Shown: piece by piece, positions 8,783-16,881 of the stretch | How the letters are laid out: each line of letters opens with the position of its first letter | Numbering within the stretch: position 1 is the stretch's first letter | IMG/VR virus record: IMGVR_UViG_3300021431_000099 | Location: 64,001-88,939 of that record | Direction: 5' to 3' (one strand) | Length of the DNA stretch: 24,939 nt | Source of the DNA: a virus | Lineage: Duplodnaviria > Heunggongvirae > Uroviricota > Caudoviricetes | The notes under the pieces: model-generated | The model's input: only the letters and a program-made list of their open reading frames with translations | Databases searched by the model: none | What the model was told of the DNA's origin: nothing | Made by a program: the position numbers and the translations under genes

Positions 8783-8994
8783 GTTAACTTTATGTTAACT
8801 CTCTGGCCGGCCCGCAAATGTTAAGTTTTTGTAAAGTGCTTGACTCCTGGCGTAATTTCTGCTATAATATAATTGTTCCAAGGGCAGGGAGGTAAGGACG
8901 GGTAAGCAAGAATTTAACTTGACAATCCGCTGAATCTCTGCTATAATATCTACAGAAGCCAAGGAAAAGGCTAAAAAACCAGAAAGGGAATAAC

Positions 8995-9309
8995 ATGAAC
9001 GCTAATGAAATCAAGTCCACCGCTCGCCAGATGACCATTGCTGCTATCATGCCCTCCTTGATGGAGAACGATGCTGTCAAGTTCGCGGATGCGTCTTTCG
9101 CCATCCTTCAGACTGTTGACGGTCAGGAAGTTTGGACGGAAGTTACCGTCAAGTCCAAGATGTATAAGCCCACGAAGAACGCTGTGGCGTTTGACCCTTA
9201 TGAGGTCGCTGAGGCGTGGAAAGCTGAGAAGAAGATCAAGGCTGATGCCAAGGCTATCAAGGACGCTGAAAAGGCTGCCAAGGTAGCCAAGGCTAAGAAG
9301 GAGGCGTAA
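8995..9309 (+). CDS. hypothetical protein, paralogue family A
   Basis: leader hairpin + RBS, K/A tail, stop-centred terminator. Confidence 0.85.
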   Translation: MNANEIKSTARQMTIAAIMPSLMENDAVKFADASFAILQTVDGQEVWTEVTVKSKMYKPTKNAVAFDPYEVAEAWKAEKKIKADAKAIKDAEKAAKVAKAKKEA

Positions 9310-9321
9310 GCCTCCTTTTTT
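9295..9321 (+). terminator. intrinsic terminator centred on stop codon
   Basis: AAGAAGGAGGC-GTAA-GCCTCCTTTTTT. Confidence 0.8.
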
Positions 9322-9452
9322 ATTGGCAAGTTAGTTGCGACTAACCGGGCCGGGAGTTGTCTAAATTTTGTCATAATATAGATTTAACTTTGTCTTTGCC
9401 TTTCTTATAATCTTGTGCTATACTATATATAGAAAACAGGGAGGGTAAAACA

Positions 9453-9584
9453 ATGAATGAGAATTTCGCAAAGGTTTGGGTGTTGGGTGTTTCGGTTATG
9501 ATGTTCTTTGCTTGCTTTTTTGGGCGTGGTTGGCTGCTTGGTGTCGCGGCTATGCTGATATTGGGATTTGTTAAGATGAGGTAA
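9453..9584 (+). CDS. 43 aa membrane peptide
   Basis: GGGAGG RBS, promoter TTGCCT..TATACT; hydrophobic. Confidence 0.65.
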   Translation: MNENFAKVWVLGVSVMMFFACFFGRGWLLGVAAMLILGFVKMR

Positions 9585-9636
9585 AGAAACGGGCCGGCCC
9601 GAAAATTAACAAAGAAATAACAAAAGAAGGAAGGGG

Positions 9637-9960
9637 TTACTCCCCTTCCTTCTCCTTGCGCTTGGCTTCCTTCTCGGCGGCCTTGCGTGCCTTCTCCGCG
9701 GCCTTCTCCGCGCGCTCTGCCAGTTCGGCATTGAACGCGGCAACCTTGGCGTCAACATCGAACGCTTCGGTCTTGGCAGTCGCATACCAATTCGGGCAGG
9801 AAATTTCAACCTTGGCGAACAGCGGGTGCCCGTTGTCCTCTGCGGTGCCCATCGGAATGGCGTAGGTGAAATCGTCAATCTGGATAGCATTACCGAAAAA
9901 CTCGGTGAACTGCTCGGCAACGGCGGTCTTAACGTTGGTGCGAATCTCCATCTTAGTCAT
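9637..9960 (-). CDS. hypothetical protein, paralogue family A
   Basis: leader hairpin + RBS; tail ends KEKEGE with stop-centred hairpin. Confidence 0.85.
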   Translation of the reverse strand: MTKMEIRTNVKTAVAEQFTEFFGNAIQIDDFTYAIPMGTAEDNGHPLFAKVEISCPNWYATAKTEAFDVDAKVAAFNAELAERAEKAAEKARKAAEKEAKRKEKEGE

Positions 9961-10038
9961 GTTGTTTCCCTTTCTGGTTTGGAAGAGTTTTCCTTCTCTT
10001 ATGTACTTATTATAACAGAAGTTATGGAAGAAGTCAAG

Positions 10039-10194
10039 TTAATTCTTGGTTAAATCCTGAACCATTTGGTAAATCTTTTCGTAGTCCTCATTATAACGAT
10101 AGATGTCGAAAAGGTTTACGCGCATCCGCTTGATTTTGGGCGAAGCGGGCTGGCGCTTAATCCAATTCCTAATTTCATCAAGATTCCAATTCAT
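10039..10194 (-). CDS. 51 aa hypothetical protein (not in ORF track)
   Basis: AAAGGGG RBS, promoter; MNWNLDEIRNWIKRQP... Confidence 0.65.
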   Translation of the reverse strand: MNWNLDEIRNWIKRQPASPKIKRMRVNLFDIYRYNEDYEKIYQMVQDLTKN

Positions 10195-10294
10195 CTCGCA
10201 TCCCCTTTTTCTGTAATTATTATAGCATAGATTTAGGAAGAAGTCAAGTAAAGGTTATGTTAAAAATCGGGCCGGCCAGAAAGTTAAGATTCTG

Positions 10295-10732
10295 TTAAGC
10301 GAGGCTCAACAGAATCTTCATCATTTCATCGGGGTGGTAGGCGTTGCCGCCCCACGCTTCACGGTTCGGGGCTTCATCGTCGAACAGGATGCCCTCGCCG
10401 CACACTTCCCATTTGTTGCGACCGTAGGCGACGATGTTAACCGCATCCCACTTGACAGAGCCGAGATGTTTGCGGAGCCACCACAGCTTCGCGGCGGTCA
10501 CAGCTTTGTCATATTCGGGAGTGCTGGACTTGCTCAGCCAGCTAATGATGCCGAGCTTGTAGCCTTCGCGCTGGAGCTTGTTCAGCGTGCGTGCCAGCTT
10601 GTTCATGTTGACCAGCGGAGCCGCCAGCTTGTAGGGAGCGGGGTTGCTGTCAATCAGCATCGGGAGCCAATTCTCAACGCCATACAGGTTCGCGATCGTG
10701 CCATCCATGTCAAACCAAATCATCTGCTTCAT
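10295..10732 (-). CDS. HAD-superfamily phosphatase, 5'(3')-deoxyribonucleotidase-like
   Basis: motif I FDMDGT, motif II IIS, conserved K, motif IV LFDD. Confidence 0.8.
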   Translation of the reverse strand: MKQMIWFDMDGTIANLYGVENWLPMLIDSNPAPYKLAAPLVNMNKLARTLNKLQREGYKLGIISWLSKSSTPEYDKAVTAAKLWWLRKHLGSVKWDAVNIVAYGRNKWEVCGEGILFDDEAPNREAWGGNAYHPDEMMKILLSLA

Positions 10733-10986
10733 TTTGTTTACTTCCTTTCCTCTTTCTGTATATATTATACAGCAGGCGGTGGTAAAAGTCAAGAGGTTAA
10801 GGGAGGATTTAACATAGACTTAACATGGCGGGCCGGGAGAAAATTTAAAATGAAATTAACATTGCTGTGCTTGCGAGAATGAAATTAGAATGATATAATA
10901 AATAAAAAAGAGGCGGGTTAGTTATAACTAACTTGCTGGCCGGCTAATACCTTAACATAAAATTAAAAATAAAAATGAAATGGGAT

Positions 10987-11136
10987 TCATTCGAAAATAA
11001 ATCCCGCCATCATTTCATTAAACTCGGAAAATGAAATCTCATTATCGGGATTTGCCGCGTTATAATCCCACCACATATAAACCTGTTCCTGGTCGGTCAA
11101 ATCTTCCCAAGTCTGAAAAGTATTGTGCTTCGTCAT
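10987..11136 (-). CDS. acidic 49 aa protein
   Basis: ATG 11136 after GAGGAG, own promoter. Confidence 0.7.
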   Translation of the reverse strand: MTKHNTFQTWEDLTDQEQVYMWWDYNAANPDNEISFSEFNEMMAGFIFE

Positions 11137-11267
11137 TTTAGGATTTCTCCTCTCGTTTGTTTCTGTAATTATTATATCACTAATGAAATAAAATGTCAAG
11201 TGATTTTAGGATGTTTAACATAGAATTAACATTGCTGGCCGGCCAGAAAATTAACATTAAAATAACA

Positions 11268-11435
11268 AACCGCGAGGGTTAGCTACTCCCTCGCGGCAGG
11301 CTTCAAACATCATTGACTTGCCCAAGGTCAACGGGGAACGGTTTTCGTGTAATCGCTGGGGTCAGTTCTCCACCGCCAAGTGGTCTGTTGCCCCTTACTC
11401 TAACCCAATGGAATCACTCCCTCTTTCCTTTCGAC
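11268..11435 (-). ncRNA. candidate structured small RNA with terminator
   Basis: promoter 11442-11470, no ORF, nested stems, ends in CCGCGAGGG/CCCTCGCGG-TTT. Confidence 0.5.
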
Positions 11436-11544
11436 ATATATATAATAACATAATTTCGGGAGGAAGTCAAGTTAATTGTTTGTTAAGTCGCTGGCCGGCC
11501 GGCCGCGAATTTTACATAAAATTAAAAAAGGCATAGCGCCTTCT

Positions 11545-11697
11545 TTAATCACAAACCTGTTCAATGATAGCAAAGATAATTCCGAAAATTAGCGGCGTTG
11601 CCCAGCACAGTGCGCCATAGGGAACTTTGCCCATAGACCACAGAATGAAGTCAATCAAACCAGTGAGAACGAGCAGAAAACTTATCTGAATATGCAT
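11545..11697 (-). CDS. 50 aa two-TM membrane peptide
   Basis: leader hairpin + RBS, promoter; hydrophobic. Confidence 0.7.
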   Translation of the reverse strand: MHIQISFLLVLTGLIDFILWSMGKVPYGALCWATPLIFGIIFAIIEQVCD

Positions 11698-11786
11698 AGT
11701 ATTTCCCTTTCTGGTTTTATAGTGTTTCCTTCACTTGTTGTATATAGTATACCATGTTATGGGCGGATTGTCAAGTTAAATTGATG

Positions 11787-11933
11787 TTATGCCCTGGTCA
11801 CATTACAAAGAATAATCTCGCGGGCATATTCAATTTTCTTAAACTCCTCTTCGGTCATGATTTCAGTGATTACTTCTTCATTTCCAGTGATGTGGTAATG
11901 ATCTCCTCGCGCGTAAGTAACTTTCAGCAACAT
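11787..11933 (-). CDS. 48 aa hypothetical protein
   Basis: AAAGGAG RBS, promoter; MLLKVTYARGDHYH... Confidence 0.6.
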   Translation of the reverse strand: MLLKVTYARGDHYHITGNEEVITEIMTEEEFKKIEYAREIILCNVTRA

Positions 11934-12034
11934 TTGTTATCTCTCCTTTCTTGGTTATATTATACAACAGATTTAGTAAGAAGTCAAGTTAATTCTATGT
12001 TAACTCACGGGCCGGCCAGAAAGTTAACGCAGAC

Positions 12035-12292
12035 TTAACGTCTGCGTCCTCTCTGCCGCTTGGCGCTCTGCTGGTCAAAACGCTCGTAGGCGCTGACTTT
12101 GCGATATTCGTTATACTCGGCTTCGGTGATTTCCTTACCATAAATTGCCATGCGCGTGTGCTTAACGCTCGGCATCCTGCGCGCTTTGTCGCAAGCGTCC
12201 AGAAGGTTATTTGCCGCGATTGCGAACTTGATTTCAGTGCTGTGGCCTACGCCGCAATGACCCCGATGACACATTACCATGTAGAACTTCAT
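12035..12292 (-). CDS. basic hypothetical protein (CHRGHCG...VKH)
   Basis: ATG 12292 after AAGGGAG, promoter. Confidence 0.75.
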   Translation of the reverse strand: MKFYMVMCHRGHCGVGHSTEIKFAIAANNLLDACDKARRMPSVKHTRMAIYGKEITEAEYNEYRKVSAYERFDQQSAKRQRGRRR

Positions 12293-12364
12293 TTGAATTG
12301 CTCCCTTCGTTCTTTCTGTATTTATTATAGCAGATTGGTTGATAGTTGTCAAGTTAAGGTTTTA

Positions 12365-12541
12365 TTAAACCAAACCAAAAAGTTTGGCCGCGATGGGCGA
12401 TAACATCATCATGCTAAGAAAAACAATCATACGCCAATTCACTTTAAAGCAATCATTTTCATCAACGTCGTTGGCATGAACAATGCCAAAGAAACCAAAC
12501 AAGCAAGCAACCAACACATAAGGAATCATCAAAAACTTCAT
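12365..12541 (-). CDS. 58 aa two-TM membrane protein
   Basis: GTGAGGG RBS, promoter; two hydrophobic stretches. Confidence 0.65.
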   Translation of the reverse strand: MKFLMIPYVLVACLFGFFGIVHANDVDENDCFKVNWRMIVFLSMMMLSPIAAKLFGLV

Positions 12542-12656
12542 TTTCTTTCCCTCACTTTCTGATACTATTATACACTATCGCGCCAAGAAAGTCAATAGGT
12601 TTTATGTTAAGAGTGTGTTAATTAACGGGCCGGCCAGCGGAGAGCCATGCTCTCCG

Positions 12657-12782
12657 TTAGGCCACGGGGCGGACGATCAAATCCGCCCTATCCGCCCAAG
12701 TCAGGCGGAGCGCCTGCGCCTCGCGCAGGGAGAGGCCCGACAGGATAACCCTGTCAGTGCTGATTTTGTAGATTTCGAACAT
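12657..12782 (-). CDS. 41 aa hypothetical protein
   Basis: AAAGGAG RBS, promoter; MFEIYKISTDRVILSG... Confidence 0.65.
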   Translation of the reverse strand: MFEIYKISTDRVILSGLSLREAQALRLTWADRADLIVRPVA

Positions 12783-12848
12783 TTTGTTTTCTCCTTTCCT
12801 TTGATGTATCTATTATAGCATGATTTTATTCAGTTGTCAAGTTAAGTT

Positions 12849-13022
12849 TTAGGTATTCTGTTCGGGATCAAGCCCGAGCAATCGCTGAACCCACAGGGAG
12901 AGCTCGTTGATACGAGCCTGTTGGTTAAGGACCAGCATCTCTACGCGATCAATCTCCGCGTCAAGAATGGGGGAATAGCTGGTGCCGATGTGAGCGTATT
13001 TGGTTCCGCGAAACTTCTTCAT
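12849..13022 (-). CDS. hypothetical protein
   Basis: ATG 13022 after GAGAGGG, promoter. Confidence 0.7.
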   Translation of the reverse strand: MKKFRGTKYAHIGTSYSPILDAEIDRVEMLVLNQQARINELSLWVQRLLGLDPEQNT

Positions 13023-13107
13023 ATTGTTTCCCTCTCTTTCTATATCTATTATAGCAGATGGTAGCTTGCTTGTCAAGTTAAGATTCTGTTTAGTTGGACG
13101 CCTGCCG

Positions 13108-13575
13108 TTAGGCGTTGGCGTCCAACCATGCCAGCATCTTGGAGCTGGTGGCCGCGATCCGGATGACCCCGCGCTCGTTGAGCTTGGAGAACTTCCGCAG
13201 GAACTGCTCGAACTTCGTGGCGTTCATCTTGTAGATGGTAGCCAGCTCGTCGGTGGTGGTCACATACCAGAACTCGGAGCTTGCCACCTGCTCGAAGTAG
13301 GCCGTCAGGCTTGCCTCGAAGCTGTCAGCCAGCTTCATGTTGGTCAGGCTTGCCTTGGAGCTTTTGACGCTCGCGTGAAACTCTGGCACATCGGAGCCCT
13401 CGTTAAAGCGGGTGTTGGCATCCTTGCGAGGATCCAGCCCGTGAAGCGCCTTGGCGACAGCTTCCATGAACTCGCCGCCGTTGAGCCAGCTCTTGCCGCC
13501 ATTGATGCTATACTTAGCACCCTTGCGCGCGGCGTCGTAGGTGTAGGTCAGGTTAATTTCGCGGGTCATCTTCAT
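13108..13575 (-). CDS. PD-(D/E)XK-like fold protein, family C
   Basis: NGGEFME...GSDVPEFHASVKSS; GAGGTG RBS. Confidence 0.65.
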   Translation of the reverse strand: MKMTREINLTYTYDAARKGAKYSINGGKSWLNGGEFMEAVAKALHGLDPRKDANTRFNEGSDVPEFHASVKSSKASLTNMKLADSFEASLTAYFEQVASSEFWYVTTTDELATIYKMNATKFEQFLRKFSKLNERGVIRIAATSSKMLAWLDANA

Positions 13576-13619
13576 TTCAAGCACCTCTCTTTCAACTGTA
13601 TACATTATAACAGATCAAT

Positions 13620-14615
13620 GTTAACTGGTAAGCATTTTTTGATTAAATCCATGTAAAGTTGTGAGATTCAACCTATGGTAGAATTTGCTACTCCAGGTTG
13701 ATTCTACTCCAGATTGCGCAACTAGCGGTTGATTAGTTAGTCTTAACTAACCGGCGGGCCGGATCATTTCTTAACCTGTTCTTAACAAAAAAACTTCATA
13801 TACTTTTAACATGGAGATAATATGCAGTTAATATAGATATGGTATAATATCGGGGGACCCTCTAGTTAGTTATAACTAACTCTAGTTAGTTAGTCTAAAC
13901 TAACTGGCCGGCCCGTTATCATTATACTACCACTTTATCATAGTAAAGTGATGCTACTTTGCTATGCTACTATACTATCACTTTACTATGCTACCATGTT
14001 GCTACTTTATCATACTACTATGATAAAAGTCAAAAGTCAAAGAAAGTCAAACTGGCCAGCCCGTTATTATTACAAAACTATTTAAATATTACAGAAGTAT
14101 TTCATATTTGATTTTGCCGCGAATGTCCGGTGGCCTGCGGAAGAAAAAAAGTTGCACAAAAAGTTAAGGAGAAATGTTATGGTTGTGTTAATTTGGCCTG
14201 TTGAAAACGTTTTCGTAGCGGGTTTCTTAACCTGGAATTAACATTTCTTTTGTGCTGTTTGTGCACTTTTTTCGCATCGCCCCGTAGAGCCATTTTTAAG
14301 CGATATAATCAACCGGCCGGTTATTCTAACCGCGAAAAACGCCCTCGCAGAGGAAAGCCGCACAGAGTGGTAATACTTCTGTAATAGTTAGTTAGTCAAA
14401 ACTAACTACTGGCCGGCCATACAGACCGCACTTTACTTTACTAAAGTGCTATCGCCTCTCTGGCCCGTTTTCGCGCGAATAAACAACCGGCCGGTCATCT
14501 GGCCCGGCAAAAACGGGCCAGAACGCAAATTTGAATCGCTTTACTATGGTAAAGCGATAAAGTACTGGCCAGTCTGGTCTGGCCGGTAAGTTTACATACA
14601 ATTAACATTAAAAGG
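13620..14615. other. non-coding divergence region rich in palindromes (candidate origin, genome end or regulatory hub)
   Basis: no ORFs; transcription diverges from it; several palindrome classes and inverted repeats. Confidence 0.55.
13865..13904. promoter_or_regulatory. GTTAGT-N4-ACTAAC palindromes (two of ~11)
   Basis: also at 9330, 10917, 13736, 14391, 15026, 15499 (one mismatch), 16063, 16713, 17407. Confidence 0.75.
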
Positions 14616-14782
14616 GGTTGACAACCTGGCGCTTTGATGTTATAATATATACAACAAGAGAGGAAAGGACGGGCTGAGCAAGGAACGCGGACATAAAAGC
14701 CGCGGAGTTAACGAACTCTTAACTTGACAGTCCGCTGAATCTCTGGTATAATAAAGACATCAAAAAGAGAGGGGTAAACACC

Positions 14783-15004
14783 ATGAAGAGCATTCGCGAA
14801 TACTTCCACGATCTGTATCTGCAAGCGGGCATGGACGAGGACAAGTTTGATGAGGTTATTGAACTGGAAAATGAAGTGTATGAAATGAACGATGAGGACT
14901 TTGAGACGTGGGCGCAGGTGAATAACATTGATCTGACCGCGCGTGATGAGCGCACGGGCGAACTGGAAATCACCCTGTGGTCGTGGGACATGTGCGGCGA
15001 ATAA
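14783..15004 (+). CDS. highly acidic 73 aa protein
   Basis: GAGGGG RBS, promoter, terminator; about 22 D/E of 73 residues. Confidence 0.8.
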   Translation: MKSIREYFHDLYLQAGMDEDKFDEVIELENEVYEMNDEDFETWAQVNNIDLTARDERTGELEITLWSWDMCGE

Positions 15005-15152
15005 GCCGCATTTTTTTTGAATTAAGTTAGTTTTGACTAACCGCCTGGCCGGCTGGCAATTTAACATAGAATTAACATAGAAAAGTGTTGACATTCACTT
15101 GGCGGCATGATATAATATATACAGAAATTGAGAGAGGGAAGAGGTAATTACA

Positions 15153-15461
15153 ATGACGTATGAAGCTATGATCGCGAGGATGGATAATCTGAATTACCGT
15201 GGCAAGGCTAATCGTCCGATGAAGCGGGTTAACTACACCGCAGAAATTAAGATCGTTACGACTGAACAGACCAAGGATATTAAGGTTTTTGGCGCGAATA
15301 AACTGACGCTTATGCGGCGGACGGATGTAGCAATTTTGAACTTCGCTAATTATCGTCTTAATCGTTATGCGTATGATGAAGAGGACGAAACCGAAGAAAT
15401 CATTTCTATTACGATAACGGAAACTGACCGCGATGGCAATGTTACCATCATTGAACAATAA
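15153..15461 (+). CDS. hypothetical protein
   Basis: GAGGT RBS, promoter, terminator AATAAGCGC-GAAA-GCGCTTATT. Confidence 0.8.
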   Translation: MTYEAMIARMDNLNYRGKANRPMKRVNYTAEIKIVTTEQTKDIKVFGANKLTLMRRTDVAILNFANYRLNRYAYDEEDETEEIISITITETDRDGNVTIIEQ

Positions 15462-15667
15462 GCGCGAAAGCGCTTATTTTTTTATTGCTATAAAGTTATT
15501 TAGTCATAACTAACTTTCCTGGCCTGTTGAGTTAGTTTACATAAACTAATTCTTCTGGCCGGCCGGCGACTTAACATAAAGTTTACAAAGAAAAATGTAT
15601 AAAAGGTATTGACATTTATCCGGGTTGATGATATAATATATACATAAAGAGCAAGGGGGAAATAAAA

Positions 15668-15781
15668 ATGTTCGAGTATATGACCGTTGAAGAGATCACC
15701 GCCACCATGACCGATAAAGAGTGGTTTGACCTGATGACCGAGTGCTACATCGACGAGATCGCTAAGGAAGAGGAGATTTAA
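15668..15781 (+). CDS. acidic 37 aa peptide (not in ORF track)
   Basis: AAGGGGG RBS, promoter; MFEYMTVEEITATMTDKEWFDLMTECYIDEIAKEEEI. Confidence 0.7.
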   Translation: MFEYMTVEEITATMTDKEWFDLMTECYIDEIAKEEEI

Positions 15782-15864
15782 TCTCCTCTTAACACAAAAA
15801 GGTATTGACAATCATGCTGGTCTGTGCTATAATAGTATCATCAAAGAGAGGGAGGAAACAAACA

Positions 15865-16032
15865 ATGACTATCAATGAGATGAAGAACAACGTGATCCGC
15901 GCCTGGGGCTTCGAGCATCCTGCTACCATCTACTTTTTCGAAGAGTGCGAGCGCACTAACGATCGTGATCTCATCGAGGTTGCCTACTGGTTCGCAATCG
16001 GCTGGAAGGACGAGGACGAGGACGAGGAATAA
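15865..16032 (+). CDS. 55 aa protein with acidic tail
   Basis: ATG 15865 after GGAGG; stop-centred terminator. Confidence 0.75.
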   Translation: MTINEMKNNVIRAWGFEHPATIYFFEECERTNDRDLIEVAYWFAIGWKDEDEDEE

Positions 16033-16202
16033 TCCTCGTCCTTTTCTATTACCAATGAGTTAGTTAGTTTAAACTAACTCAACAGGCCGGCCAGACCATT
16101 AACATGAACTTTACAGAAGAAATTTTCAAAAACCTATTGACATTTATGCTTCTATGGTGTATAATATAGTCACAAGGTTGAGAGAGAAAGGAAGTAAACA
16201 CC

Positions 16203-16673
16203 ATGAAGAAGCTGTTCACCAAGTCCCTGGCCGTTGCCGAAACCCGCGCCCTGATTAATGAAGGCTACAAGTACAGCGTCGATTGCGATTACACCACCTG
16301 CGACACGACTGATCCCTGGAGCGGGATGCCTGACATCGACAACAACGTGGCGGTGTTCACTGACAAGGCCGAAGCCGAAGCCTTCGCCGCCGAACAGGTT
16401 TGGCCCTTCAACCACAACGTGCATGGCAAGGTTGAGGAACTCCGCTGGGGCGAGACCTGGGCCGAGATGGAAGCCCGCATGGAGCGCGAGAAGGCCGAGC
16501 GCAAAGCGAAGCGCGAAGCCAAAGAAGCCGAGAAGGCCGCCGCCGCTGGTATGACGGTTGCCGAATACAAGGCCGCAAAAGCCAAGGCCGTCAAGCGCGC
16601 GAAGCTGGAAAAAGAGATCGCCGCGCTGGAAGCCGAACTCGCCGCCAAGCGTGCGGAACTCGCCAAGATGTAA
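16203..16673 (+). CDS. hypothetical protein with K/A/E coiled-coil tail
   Basis: AAAGGA RBS, promoter, terminator at 16670-16699. Confidence 0.85.
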   Translation: MKKLFTKSLAVAETRALINEGYKYSVDCDYTTCDTTDPWSGMPDIDNNVAVFTDKAEAEAFAAEQVWPFNHNVHGKVEELRWGETWAEMEARMEREKAERKAKREAKEAEKAAAAGMTVAEYKAAKAKAVKRAKLEKEIAALEAELAAKRAELAKM

Positions 16674-16881
16674 GAAGGGCGCAAGCCCTTCTTACTTTTA
16701 TGCTTATAGTTAGTTAGTATAAACTAACCATTCTGGCCGGCCAGTAAGTTAGTTTTCGCTAACTAACCGCATTTGACCGGCGGAGAACTTTACACATACT
16801 TTACATAAAAAGTGGTTGACAAGTGCCCGGTCGTGTGCTATAATAGTATCAACGAAAGGGAAAGAAAAGGAGAGAAAAACA

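Noticed and set aside
317..12040. Classical integron attC sites
   Set aside because: Box order is GTT...AAC rather than RYYYAAC...GTTRRRY, most internal bases do not pair into a hairpin, cassettes have their own promoters, and no IntI is present.
317..16760. CRISPR array
   Set aside because: Repeats are degenerate, spacing is irregular (0.1-1.4 kb), and the intervening DNA is genes with promoters.
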